NCBI GenBank assembly: GCA_052168235.1
Contig: JBQLZK010000028.1
Location: forward strand, 18,827 to 82,826
Reading direction: 5' to 3'
Source: Thainema sp.
GTDB lineage: Bacteria > Cyanobacteriota > Cyanobacteriia > Phormidesmidales > Phormidesmidaceae
Length of the DNA stretch: 64,000 bases
In this document: positions 7,789-16,277 of the stretch, one piece after another
How positions within the stretch are numbered: the first letter of the stretch is position 1
Layout of the letters: each line of letters starts with the position of its first letter
Notes under the pieces: model-generated
Databases searched by the model: none
What the model saw: the letters and a program-made list of their open reading frames with translations, nothing else
What the model was told of the DNA's origin: nothing
Program-made: the position numbers and the translations under genes

Positions 7789-9804
7789 TCACGATTGCAC
7801 AACCACATATCGATTACGGCCCAACTGCTTAGCTTGGTAGAGAGCTTGGTCGGCTAGATGAACCAAGGCGTCTGTGCTGCCGTCGAGTTGAGGCACAATT
7901 TGAGCGATGCCCATACTGATGGTGACGGTTTGGCTAACTTCAGATTGAGCGTGAGCAATGGCTAAATCCCGAATCGCATTTTGCAGCCGCTGAGCAACCC
8001 GAACTGCGCCGTTTTGGTCAGTATTGGGCAGAATGATGACGAATTCTTCTCCTCCATAGCGGGCCACTAGGTCATCTGAACGTTTCACCGCTTGAGCAGC
8101 GGCCTGGGCCACTTTTACCAAACATTCATCTCCGGCCTGATGACCATAAAAGTCGTTATAGCGCTTGAAATAATCGACATCGAGCAGAATGAGGGCCAGA
8201 GGTCGTTGCTCCCGCACCGATTTTTGCCATTCTTGTTGAAGTCGTTCATCAAAACAGCGTCTATTCGCAATGCGGGTTAGACCGTCAAGATTAACCAGTT
8301 GCTGTAGAGCCTGTACTGCGTCGTGGAGGGCGGCCTGAGCGCGTTCCCGCTGTTGAATTTCTCGCTGTAGCTGCTGGTTAGCGCTGGCCAGTTCGCGAGT
8401 TCGATGGCTGACTTCCTGCTCTAGTTCGTGAGTGTAGTTTGCCAAGATGGCCTCAGTGCGCTTGCGTTCAGTGATATCCTGCAAAACCGCGATCGCAGAT
8501 GTCACTGCACCCTGTTCATCCAAAATGGGGGTTCCCTGCACTTCGAGGGGAATCGTCCGGTCTGGATGCCGAATTTCCAGGTCATCATCCAGTAGGTATT
8601 CGCCTTTCAACGCTCGGCTGATCGGCAGTTGTTCAGGGGGACATAGAGTGTTTGTGCCAGCCCGATAGATTAAATTCTGTTCGCCTGATTGAGCGGTCTT
8701 CATGCTTTGATTGAGATGAATTTGACTGGACTGAAGCAGTTGTTCAGCCATCGGGTTCATATACAGAGCAGTTCCATCTGGGCTATGAACGCTGACCCCG
8801 ACTGGCAAGGCGTTGAGAAACTGATTCAGCATTGCATTGGTTTGCTTCAAGTCAGCTTTAGCCCGATTGTTTTCGTTCAAAACAGCGCTCACAATCAAGG
8901 TTGTAATGCTGATGAAGGCGATGAAGGATTGCAGTAAGGTCAATGATGAGCTGAGGGAGCTTTGGGCGAAGAGGCTACGGTTGTGAATGGTGCCGATGAT
9001 TGAGATCGCAGCTATCCCGACCATCAGCAAAGTGGCACCCACCTCGCCGAACCGAAAAGCTGCCCACAGGATTAACGGCACCACCAGGTAAGCCACCGGA
9101 TAGCCGTGACTAAAGGCGATCTGGCTGACAACCAGCATCAGGAAGACAATCAGCATTCCCTCCACGGGCTGTTGGTGGAGGAGACGCTTGAAGATGGATG
9201 CATCGTGATGCCAAGCCATGATTAAGGGCGTGACGGTCATGATCGCGAAGGCATCACCCATCCACAAGCTCAAAGCAAGGGGCAGGTAATACGCCCAGGC
9301 AAATTTGCCGAGTAGACAGAGCAGCAACGGCGTGAGCACGGCGGCAAACAGGGGGCTGAGAAAGCAGTTGCAGATAATGAAGGCCGTCGTATCGCGGGCA
9401 TGGCCCAAAATGTATCGCTTATGGGTTAAGGCGGTTGTCCCATACACGCCGAGCAGCGTGCCAATGGTGCCAATGGTGATGATCAGGATCGTGAGCAGGG
9501 CATCGGTGAGGGTGGCGAGGCCGTTATAAAGAACCGCTTGCGTCAGCAGTACCCCAAGGAGTGAGCCTAACCAGGTAGGGTATCCCCAGATGTAGATGAG
9601 TCCGACGCTGACGCCAGTGGGGAGCCAAATCGCGCTAAAGCCAGATACCGGATCGACGGCCAAATTCGAGAGGTAAGCTAGACCGAAGTAGGCGATCGCT
9701 GCAATGGCTTGCTGCCAAAGGGAAACTTGGCGAAAGTCGAGCAGTTGCGTATACCAATTGGCATCGGTTTTATGCATAACGGGGCTGGTAGATGCTGCTA
9801 TCAC
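7789..9804 (-). CDS. MASE1-PAS-GGDEF diguanylate cyclase
   Basis: Multi-TM MASE1-like N-terminus, PAS ending QDITERK, DGLT.IANRR, DVDYFK.YND.YGH.AGD, RYGGEEF; RSDD I-site. Confidence 0.9.
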   Translation of the reverse strand: MIAASTSPVMHKTDANWYTQLLDFRQVSLWQQAIAAIAYFGLAYLSNLAVDPVSGFSAIWLPTGVSVGLIYIWGYPTWLGSLLGVLLTQAVLYNGLATLTDALLTILIITIGTIGTLLGVYGTTALTHKRYILGHARDTTAFIICNCFLSPLFAAVLTPLLLCLLGKFAWAYYLPLALSLWMGDAFAIMTVTPLIMAWHHDASIFKRLLHQQPVEGMLIVFLMLVVSQIAFSHGYPVAYLVVPLILWAAFRFGEVGATLLMVGIAAISIIGTIHNRSLFAQSSLSSSLTLLQSFIAFISITTLIVSAVLNENNRAKADLKQTNAMLNQFLNALPVGVSVHSPDGTALYMNPMAEQLLQSSQIHLNQSMKTAQSGEQNLIYRAGTNTLCPPEQLPISRALKGEYLLDDDLEIRHPDRTIPLEVQGTPILDEQGAVTSAIAVLQDITERKRTEAILANYTHELEQEVSHRTRELASANQQLQREIQQRERAQAALHDAVQALQQLVNLDGLTRIANRRCFDERLQQEWQKSVREQRPLALILLDVDYFKRYNDFYGHQAGDECLVKVAQAAAQAVKRSDDLVARYGGEEFVIILPNTDQNGAVRVAQRLQNAIRDLAIAHAQSEVSQTVTISMGIAQIVPQLDGSTDALVHLADQALYQAKQLGRNRYVVVQS

Positions 9805-10035
9805 AGGGTGTATACCGATATTGCCCCATTAGGTTACCCAATAGTGATGTCTGAATAGGACTGGGTTCGAAGGTCGTCACAGCAGATAATCGCTAGCACC
9901 GATAAGGATAGATGCGATCGCACTTCCCCTCTCAATGTAGCTGGCACTATATGATCGGGATACAGTGTCAAAATTAAGCTGTGTCTGCGAGAGATATTTT
10001 TCACGAAGCCGTTAAACAAGCGCTGCAAAAAGAAC

Positions 10036-10104
10036 AAACGATATCAGGTCTTGATAATTGTGTATGACCCAACCAACGAGGTGATTGTGCAATGGACAAG
10101 TTAG
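10036..10104 (+). pseudogene. xisH: C-terminal remnant of XisH
   Basis: Frame reads KRYQVLIIVYDPTNEVIVQWTS*, overlapping the xisI start as in xisHI pairs; no XisH N-terminus upstream. Confidence 0.65.
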
Positions 10105-10427
10105 ACCAGTATCGGGAATATGTTCAGGCATTGTTACGTCAGTACGCCGAGGAGGATGCTTCGGACAATGAGGTTGATGTTCAGCTTATCTTTGATGCTG
10201 AGCGAGATCATTACCAATGGATGAATGTGGGCTGGCAGGGATTGAGCCGGGTTTATCGTTGCATCATCTATTTCGATATTAAGGATGGGAAAATTTGGCT
10301 TCAGCAGAATCTAACGGATCAAAATCCGGCAGAAGAACTGGTCGAAATGGGTGTGCCGAGGGAAGATATTGTGCTGGGCTTACAGCCTCCTTATAAACGG
10401 CAATATACGGATTATGGTGCTGCTTGA
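10092..10427 (+). CDS. xisI: XisI family protein
   Basis: MDKLD.YR...LIFD.ERDHYQ...VGW....R.Y.....DIKDGKIW.Q.N.T....AEELVE.GVP.EDIVLG..PP..R.YT.Y. Confidence 0.9.
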   Translation: MDKLDQYREYVQALLRQYAEEDASDNEVDVQLIFDAERDHYQWMNVGWQGLSRVYRCIIYFDIKDGKIWLQQNLTDQNPAEELVEMGVPREDIVLGLQPPYKRQYTDYGAA

Positions 10428-10611
10428 GGTTTAAGATGCGATCGCAGAGTTGAGCTATGAGATTGCTGTTAAAAGATGCGATCGCACCTCTTCCCACCCG
10501 CGATCGCAGTATGGAAAGCCGCTTAGCTTGATTAAAATGCTGTGACCTGCTCTTGAGTCAAGTTTTGCTGTTGTTGAATAAGGATTAACGGCTCAGCAAT
10601 GAGCAGTTGCT

Positions 10612-10830
10612 GGTTTTGCTTATGTGTTAAGGCCAAACCGATAAGCGTCAGCGGCTAAGCAATAAACGTTTTGAGGTTTTGCTTATACGTTAGCGTTAAA
10701 CCTATAAGCGTTAGCTGCTGGGCAGTAAGCCTTTGCTGGTTTTGCTGATACATTAGCGGCAAACCTATAAGTGTTAGCTGCAAGTGAGATATGCTTTCCT
10801 GCTGAGGAATAAGCGATTGCTGCTGGGCAA
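10612..10830. repeat. Degenerate tandem repeat, 63-bp period with 21-bp sub-period
   Basis: GGTTTTGCT.AT..GTTA...C.AAACC.ATAAG.GT.AGC recurs at about 10612, 10675 and 10738. Confidence 0.7.
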
Positions 10831-11046
10831 TCAAGGTTCGGCACTTGGCAATTGTGAGATCGCACCCTGTCTACATCTGGAGATAAGATATCGCTGAGCT
10901 GACAATGCTTCTTAGACTTCTCAGTTAAATTCTAATGTCAGGTTAAGCTGACATTCAGAGGGAATTAAGATTGGTCTTCCACCCTAGGAACTAGAGGACA
11001 GTAAATCGTTTGATTTCGCCTCAAGTTGCCTCAAGGAGAACTGAAT

Positions 11047-11241
11047 ATGAAACGCCTAATAGCAAAACTTAGTGTTCTTGCCGTTGCTGCTATCACAGCT
11101 CCCGTCCTTAGCGCTCCTAGTGCTACGGCACTTTCTTGCTCAAACTATCTACATGAACAACTCGGAGCAGAACAGATCGGGACTGAAACGCAACTAACTG
11201 AACGGTTTGAAGAGGAACGCTGTAGAACACTAGATGAATAG
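11047..11241 (+). CDS. Small secreted hypothetical protein
   Basis: AGGAG RBS; Sec-like signal MKRLIAKLSVLAVAAITAPVLSAPSATA; two Cys in the mature part; downstream terminator. Confidence 0.55.
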   Translation: MKRLIAKLSVLAVAAITAPVLSAPSATALSCSNYLHEQLGAEQIGTETQLTERFEEERCRTLDE

Positions 11242-11298
11242 ACCGAATACGCCATTAACTTTTTCTACAGGTATGTTTCGGTTTAAAGACTAAAATAG

Positions 11299-11328
11299 GC
11301 GAGCCTCCAGACGGGGGCTCGCTTTCTT
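11299..11328 (+). terminator. Intrinsic terminator
   Basis: GCGAGCCTCC-AGAC-GGGGGCTCGC followed by TTTCTT. Confidence 0.65.
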
Positions 11329-11602
11329 CAAAAGGTGTCTATGCTGCTCAGCCAATAGTCTTCATACGGAAGATGCGATCGCATCTCTCAACCCAAAAAG
11401 CGCGATCTCACCTCCCTGCTAATACAATTGCACCTCTCAACCCCAAAAGAAAAAATTCTAAAAGGCATGATATTACAAAGATTTGGGCGTGCCAACAGAT
11501 AAATATAAAGCTTATGCTTTCAAACATTGGGTAACATTGCAGTTCAAGATTTCTTTGTTCCACAATGGAGTAAATTTTTCTATCACGCTCCAATCTTAAA
11601 TA

Positions 11603-12613
11603 ATGTCAGATATCTCTCAGCGTAATGCTAGCTTCAACACTGCTGCTAATTCAAAAGTCCATCATGCTCAGTTATCCGATATCGCAGAGCATGTTCCAGA
11701 AAAATTAGGACATATAAAAAGGGGAGGTATTCGTAGTGGCCCTGGTCGAAATGAAGCTCAAGCTCAAACAATGGTTGAGAAAATCCCTCCATCTCAAAGA
11801 GCGGGCCATGATGGCAAATCTGCTGCTACTAAAGTTAAGGAGTATCTTGCCGATAAAGATGCAAGCCATGTAAAGCCTCACAGCAAAGGAGGCTCCAGTG
11901 ATCCGAGTAATATCAAATGGGAGAGTAAAGCACACAATCGTGCTCGCGGTAATCGGGCGATGACTGCCAAAGAGCAGCGGCAACTTACAACACAAGCCAG
12001 AATCGATAATATTACTGGTGCAGTAGGTGCTGGTATAAAAGCTATGCCTAAAGGTGCCGCTATAGGCGTAATTACCACAGCTCCTTTCTCCATGCTTCGC
12101 AATGGATTGCGAGTTATTCGAGGCGAAATCTCAGCGCAGGATGCTGCATTACAAACTACAAAGGAAACTATATTAGGTGGTGGTGTTGGTGCAGCTACAG
12201 CTTTTACTGTCACTACAGTTGCTGCTGCATGCCCTCCAATTGCTGTTGCATTAGCAGCAATCTCACCTGCTCTTCTTGCAGCTGGTGGAGCTGGAATGGT
12301 GTATGAATTTTTTAAGGTTTTGGATTATCACAAAGATGAAGTCCAGAAATATTATAGATCGTTAACACAACAAGATTTGAATTCTCTCAAAGAAATAGAG
12401 TCTGAGCTGCTATACGAACATTCGAGACATCTAGAGTTTTTCGATGATATTAAAGAATTGAACAGTGAAATTACAAATCGACCTCTCGCATCTGGTGTAG
12501 AAGGTGCATTAAACCGATATCTTGAGTCATCTGCCATTGCTCGTTCACTAGACGCAGAAACAGTTGGTACCAAGCAGTTATCTAAATTTCGGAAAGCTCT
12601 TCCATCACACTAA
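11603..12613 (+). CDS. HNH-motif protein with a Gly/Ala-rich hydrophobic region and helical C-terminus (AT-rich)
   Basis: DASHVKPHSKGGSSDPSNIKWESKAHNRARG fits HNH; GGGVGAATAFTVTTVAAACPPIAVALAAISPALLAAGGAG hydrophobic stretch. Confidence 0.65.
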   Translation: MSDISQRNASFNTAANSKVHHAQLSDIAEHVPEKLGHIKRGGIRSGPGRNEAQAQTMVEKIPPSQRAGHDGKSAATKVKEYLADKDASHVKPHSKGGSSDPSNIKWESKAHNRARGNRAMTAKEQRQLTTQARIDNITGAVGAGIKAMPKGAAIGVITTAPFSMLRNGLRVIRGEISAQDAALQTTKETILGGGVGAATAFTVTTVAAACPPIAVALAAISPALLAAGGAGMVYEFFKVLDYHKDEVQKYYRSLTQQDLNSLKEIESELLYEHSRHLEFFDDIKELNSEITNRPLASGVEGALNRYLESSAIARSLDAETVGTKQLSKFRKALPSH

Positions 12614-12630
12614 ATTTAACGAAAAAAGCT

Positions 12631-13146
12631 ATGTTTTTTTTGCTTCCCTTGGCAGGCGCTGCAGTTGGTGCTGTGGCTGGTGCTCTCATAACTCACGCTA
12701 GTGGAGAAAGACATCGACAGAAAGCAAAATACCAAGAAAAAATTGCTAATGAACTTACTAATCATTACTCTGAACTACAAAATAAATATGATGAATTGGC
12801 AAGAATAAGCCAAGATGAAATTATTGGTTTGACTCGTCAGCATGCAGCAGATGAAGCCGAAAAAGATTTTCTACGTTTAGCAGTTAGGTTGCAGCAGAAT
12901 TTGTATTCATTAATGTGGGATCTTGATCAAAATCCTACACAAGAAACTATAGAAGAATTTAAAAACGCTGTTGCAATAACCAATCAGGTTTTAGCCGAAT
13001 TAAATGAGGAAACAATAAAAGTTCCCCCAAAGTACTTCTCTCGAAACCTAGGTAGAGCCAAAGCTTATAAAAGTCTTGCTTCGTCAGTAGATAAACCAAA
13101 AATTAAGCGCAAGGCTGGACGTAGAAGACGTAGAAAGAATTATTAG
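12631..13146 (+). CDS. Membrane-anchored coiled-coil hypothetical protein with a basic tail (AT-rich)
   Basis: N-terminal glycine zipper LAGAAVGAVAGALI; heptad-rich body; KRKAGRRRRRK C-terminus; 17 bp after the previous gene. Confidence 0.65.
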   Translation: MFFLLPLAGAAVGAVAGALITHASGERHRQKAKYQEKIANELTNHYSELQNKYDELARISQDEIIGLTRQHAADEAEKDFLRLAVRLQQNLYSLMWDLDQNPTQETIEEFKNAVAITNQVLAELNEETIKVPPKYFSRNLGRAKAYKSLASSVDKPKIKRKAGRRRRRKNY

Positions 13147-13363
13147 CGAGATCGCAACTTCTGTGGGTTGTAAGAACAAAATCCAACAGCCTATTCTTCC
13201 CATGCCTGTCAATGAACCTGTATTGACTCCACAGGTCAAATCTCGTACTGTGAAACGTTAAGTTGCGATCGCAACTGGATACCAAAAATCTAGTCAGCGC
13301 TACCCAGAGTTGGTGCAAGCAACCCTGGATAGCTAACCGCTACGTTGAAACAGGCAACGCGAC

Positions 13364-13458
13364 GGCTTGGGGAATAATACCCCAGAGCCACCCTGCATTG
13401 CACTTCGAATTGCGGGCGTGGCTAGGTTTTTGGCTTTCCTCCCGAAAGTCCAAAACCA
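13364..13458 (+). promoter_or_regulatory. Candidate structured RNA leader upstream of the 13470 gene
   Basis: Three stems, two of which compete for AGCC (13386-13389); the third ends just before the AAGGA RBS. Confidence 0.4.
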
Positions 13459-13469
13459 AAGGAAACACA

Positions 13470-13754
13470 ATGACATACCTCATCCTCGGTGCTGCCTCCA
13501 ACGCAGCGCCACAACCTGCTGCGGCTCAGCCCAGCCAGCCAACTCGCGACGGTCGCCATCCCCTGCGGATTATCCTGCTCGGCTCCCGCCCCGACATCAT
13601 TGTCACCATCAAAAACCTGCATCGGCGCGGCTTTGCCGAAGCCAACGACTGGAGCCAGCCCATCCCCTGTCCCAGTGCAGGCGACGTTGCCCGTATCCTT
13701 GCCCAGCGCCAACCCGATGACCAAATCAGCATCCTCACCCGCTATCTGAGCTGA
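13470..13754 (+). CDS. Conserved small cyanobacterial hypothetical protein
   Basis: AAGGA RBS; R.ILLGSR.DI..TI..LH.RGFAE..DWS.P.P resembles a multi-copy cyanobacterial family I recall but cannot name. Confidence 0.6.
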   Translation: MTYLILGAASNAAPQPAAAQPSQPTRDGRHPLRIILLGSRPDIIVTIKNLHRRGFAEANDWSQPIPCPSAGDVARILAQRQPDDQISILTRYLS

Positions 13755-13859
13755 TCCGTTACGGGCCAGAAACCGGGTTTATTCAAGAAACTCGGTTTCT
13801 AAAGCACGTGGAATTGAGAGGGAAAAGTGCGATCTCAGATTAACCTCTAATTCAGTCCT

Positions 13860-13910
13860 AACTGAAAAGGGCGATTTTGCTACAGTGCAGCAAAATCGCC
13901 CTTTTCAGTT
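13860..13910. terminator. Bidirectional terminator-like inverted repeat downstream of clpP
   Basis: AACTGAAAAGGGCGATTTTGCT-ACAGTGC-AGCAAAATCGCCCTTTTCAGTT, a perfect 22-bp stem. Confidence 0.75.
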
Positions 13911-13937
13911 TTAGTTCTGAGTTTTTAGCTCAAAAAA

Positions 13938-14546
13938 CTAGTCTTGATTCACTGCCGGACGGCTACCCACTGCATGACGATCGATCACCTGATCGATGAG
14001 GCCATACTCCATCGCTTCGGTGGGTGACATGAAGAAATCGCGCTCCGTATCTTCCTGAATTTTGTCGAGTGGCTGATCCGTGTGATGCGCCAACGACGAA
14101 TTGAGATAGCTCTTGAGATACAGGATTTCGCGAGCCTGAATTTCAATATCCGTTGCCTGCCCCTGCGCACCGCCAATCGGCTGGTGAATCATGATGCGGG
14201 AATTCGGCAGGCTCATCCGCTTGCCCTTGGCACCGCCGCTGAGTAGAAAAGCGCCCATGCTAGCGGCTAGTCCTACACAAATCGTGCAGACATCCGGGCG
14301 GATGTGGTTCATTGTGTCGTAAATGCCGAGTCCGGCTAACACGGAACCACCCGGTGAATTGACATAGAGATAGATGTCCTTCTCTGGATCTTCAGCTTCA
14401 AGGAACAGCATTTGCGCCACAATCAGATTCGCGACATCGGATGTGACCTGTTCACCTAAAAAGACAATGCGCTCTCGCAGGAGTCGAGAATAAATATCAA
14501 AGGCGCGCTCACCACGACCTGACTGCTCGATAACGGTTGGAATCAT
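13938..14546 (-). CDS. clpP: ATP-dependent Clp protease proteolytic subunit
   Basis: [47 protein letters not shown]. Confidence 0.97.
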   Translation of the reverse strand: MIPTVIEQSGRGERAFDIYSRLLRERIVFLGEQVTSDVANLIVAQMLFLEAEDPEKDIYLYVNSPGGSVLAGLGIYDTMNHIRPDVCTICVGLAASMGAFLLSGGAKGKRMSLPNSRIMIHQPIGGAQGQATDIEIQAREILYLKSYLNSSLAHHTDQPLDKIQEDTERDFFMSPTEAMEYGLIDQVIDRHAVGSRPAVNQD

Positions 14547-14652
14547 GGAAGTTCTGCGTCCCCAAGTAAACGTTTCACTAATTCTAGCGATTTCCGGCCC
14601 AGAACGAGTACGGGCTCTACGATAAGCCTACTAGATGAAGTCTAGTGATATT

Positions 14653-15537
14653 TTAGTGATGAAACGGCACCGTCAAAAGCGGCAAGATGATCCAGGCCAG
14701 CCAGCACCATGTCCAGCCATTCAGCGGGCGCTGCCAGTCAAATTCGCTGGAATCCGACAGCAGGGCATTAATGCGCTCTTGCATCCGGTTGCCGACGGCT
14801 TGGCAGCTAAAGGCTGCGGATAACGAGCAGGTTTGCATCAGGGGTGCTTTGGCCACTTGAACGAGCGATTCTGCGAGTACGAGCTGATCGACCTGCTGAG
14901 TCGCCCACTGATCGGCCCGAATTTCGCGCAGGAGGAGCAACTCTTCCCAAAGTGCCTGCGTATTCGGTAGCCAAGCCGTCAGTCGCCGCAGCCAGCCCAG
15001 CCAGAAAAACCAGAAGGTATCGCGATAGGCATAGTGGCCCATCTCGTGTACCAGCACCGCCTGCAGCTGAGCATCGGTCAACGATTCCATTAGTCCCCGG
15101 CTCACCATCAGCTCTGGCTCCCAGAAGCCAACTTGGGCGCTGTAAGGCAAATGGGTAGCCAAAACGCGGCATTGATAACCGTAAAGTTCCTGGCAGGGCT
15201 GCGCTTTTGCCGATTGCACCGACTGCCAACCGGACACCCCAGACACCAGCCCCAGGCTGATCGCCAGCCCCACAAATCCCCAGGCCAAACTGTAAATGCT
15301 CCAGCCTTCCCAGTAGGTGACCATGTGCCCTGATGGCCCCATCAGAATAATTGCGATCGCAGTCATCACGGGTAAACAAGCGGGCACAAGAAAACGAATC
15401 AGCGCCTGCTGCCACCGCTGCTGATAGGAGTCAGCAACTCGCCAGCTTAGCCGGAGAATGATCGACACCATCAGCGTGGCAACAACTAAGCCCAGATGCA
15501 TCCAGCCGAACTGCATCAACCCAGCGTGCATGGTCAT
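14653..15537 (-). CDS. M56 (BlaR1/MecR1-like) membrane metallopeptidase
   Basis: TM segments; AVLVHEMGH (HEXXH); RE.RAD; coupled to a BlaI-like gene. Confidence 0.85.
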   Translation of the reverse strand: MTMHAGLMQFGWMHLGLVVATLMVSIILRLSWRVADSYQQRWQQALIRFLVPACLPVMTAIAIILMGPSGHMVTYWEGWSIYSLAWGFVGLAISLGLVSGVSGWQSVQSAKAQPCQELYGYQCRVLATHLPYSAQVGFWEPELMVSRGLMESLTDAQLQAVLVHEMGHYAYRDTFWFFWLGWLRRLTAWLPNTQALWEELLLLREIRADQWATQQVDQLVLAESLVQVAKAPLMQTCSLSAAFSCQAVGNRMQERINALLSDSSEFDWQRPLNGWTWCWLAWIILPLLTVPFHH

Positions 15538-15956
15538 GATTGCGCCTCCCGTCGTTGACGTGCCGCTTGAATCTGTTGTGCGATCGCATCTAGTTGTTCC
15601 AGGCTAGCCGCATCTAAGCTATCGGCAAAGGCGGCCACAATGTCGGGATTGCTGACCGCGAGGAATTTCTGTAGCTGATCATGGGAGTGCAGCACCTTGG
15701 CCTCTACCTGGGAAATGCGGGGCTGCCAGCAAAAGGCTTTGCCCTGCTTTTGGCGTCTCACCCAGCCTTTCTTGGCTAGCCGATTCAATACGGTGGTGAC
15801 GGAGGCATAGGCCAGCTCCCGGTCAGGATCGGCCAAAATCTGGTCGTGAATGTCTTTCACAGTGGCGGTTTGGCGCTGCCAAAGAATACTCAGAATCTCG
15901 GCTTCGAGCGAGCCAAGACTGAGATGTTTGGGTGTGTAGTCCGGTAACGGCGGCAT
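15534..15956 (-). CDS. BlaI/MecI/CopY family transcriptional regulator
   Basis: LGSLEAEIL.ILW....ATVKDIH......RELAY.SVTTVL.RL.KKG. Confidence 0.9.
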   Translation of the reverse strand: MPPLPDYTPKHLSLGSLEAEILSILWQRQTATVKDIHDQILADPDRELAYASVTTVLNRLAKKGWVRRQKQGKAFCWQPRISQVEAKVLHSHDQLQKFLAVSNPDIVAAFADSLDAASLEQLDAIAQQIQAARQRREAQS

Positions 15957-16089
15957 GATCTGTAGGCGTTACGATTGTCAACTTTTACGGTCTTGCACAT
16001 TTGAGGAATGTTTTTGATCAGGACAAGACACTGCTGTGTCCCTATGGTGGGCTTAGATTTGTGCAAGCCCAATGCAAGACCACTTTAAC

Positions 16090-16213
16090 TGTACCAGGAC
16101 AGTCAAACCGAGAGGAGTGATTTTGCCGCCGCATCGCGGCGGCAAAATCACTCCTCTCGGTTTCCAGATTAACGAAAGGGCAAGAAATCTCAGATTCCTT
16201 GCCCTTGGACTAG
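16090..16213. mobile_element. Degenerate palindromic MITE-like element related to 53531 and 58631
   Basis: AAACCGAGAGGAGTGATTTTGCCGCCGCATCGCGGCGGCAAAATCACTCCTCTCGGTTT core; the centre matches the 58631 element. Confidence 0.65.
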
Positions 16214-16277
16214 GGGTATTCTGTGCATCGCTCTGGGTATGCAACAGCGCTCAGCGCTGCTAATCCGTTTAACGTTG

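Noticed and set aside
10092..10427. xisI as evidence of an fdxN-type excision element
   Set aside because: No xisF recombinase or interrupted nif/fdxN gene; XisI homologues are widespread outside such elements
13263..13469. N-terminal extension of ORF 13263-13754 and overlapping alternative ORFs
   Set aside because: Starts within a HIP1 site and runs through the structured leader; the RBS supports ATG 13470
16053..16263. Two mirror ORFs sharing KPRGVILPP
   Set aside because: Translation artefacts of a palindromic element
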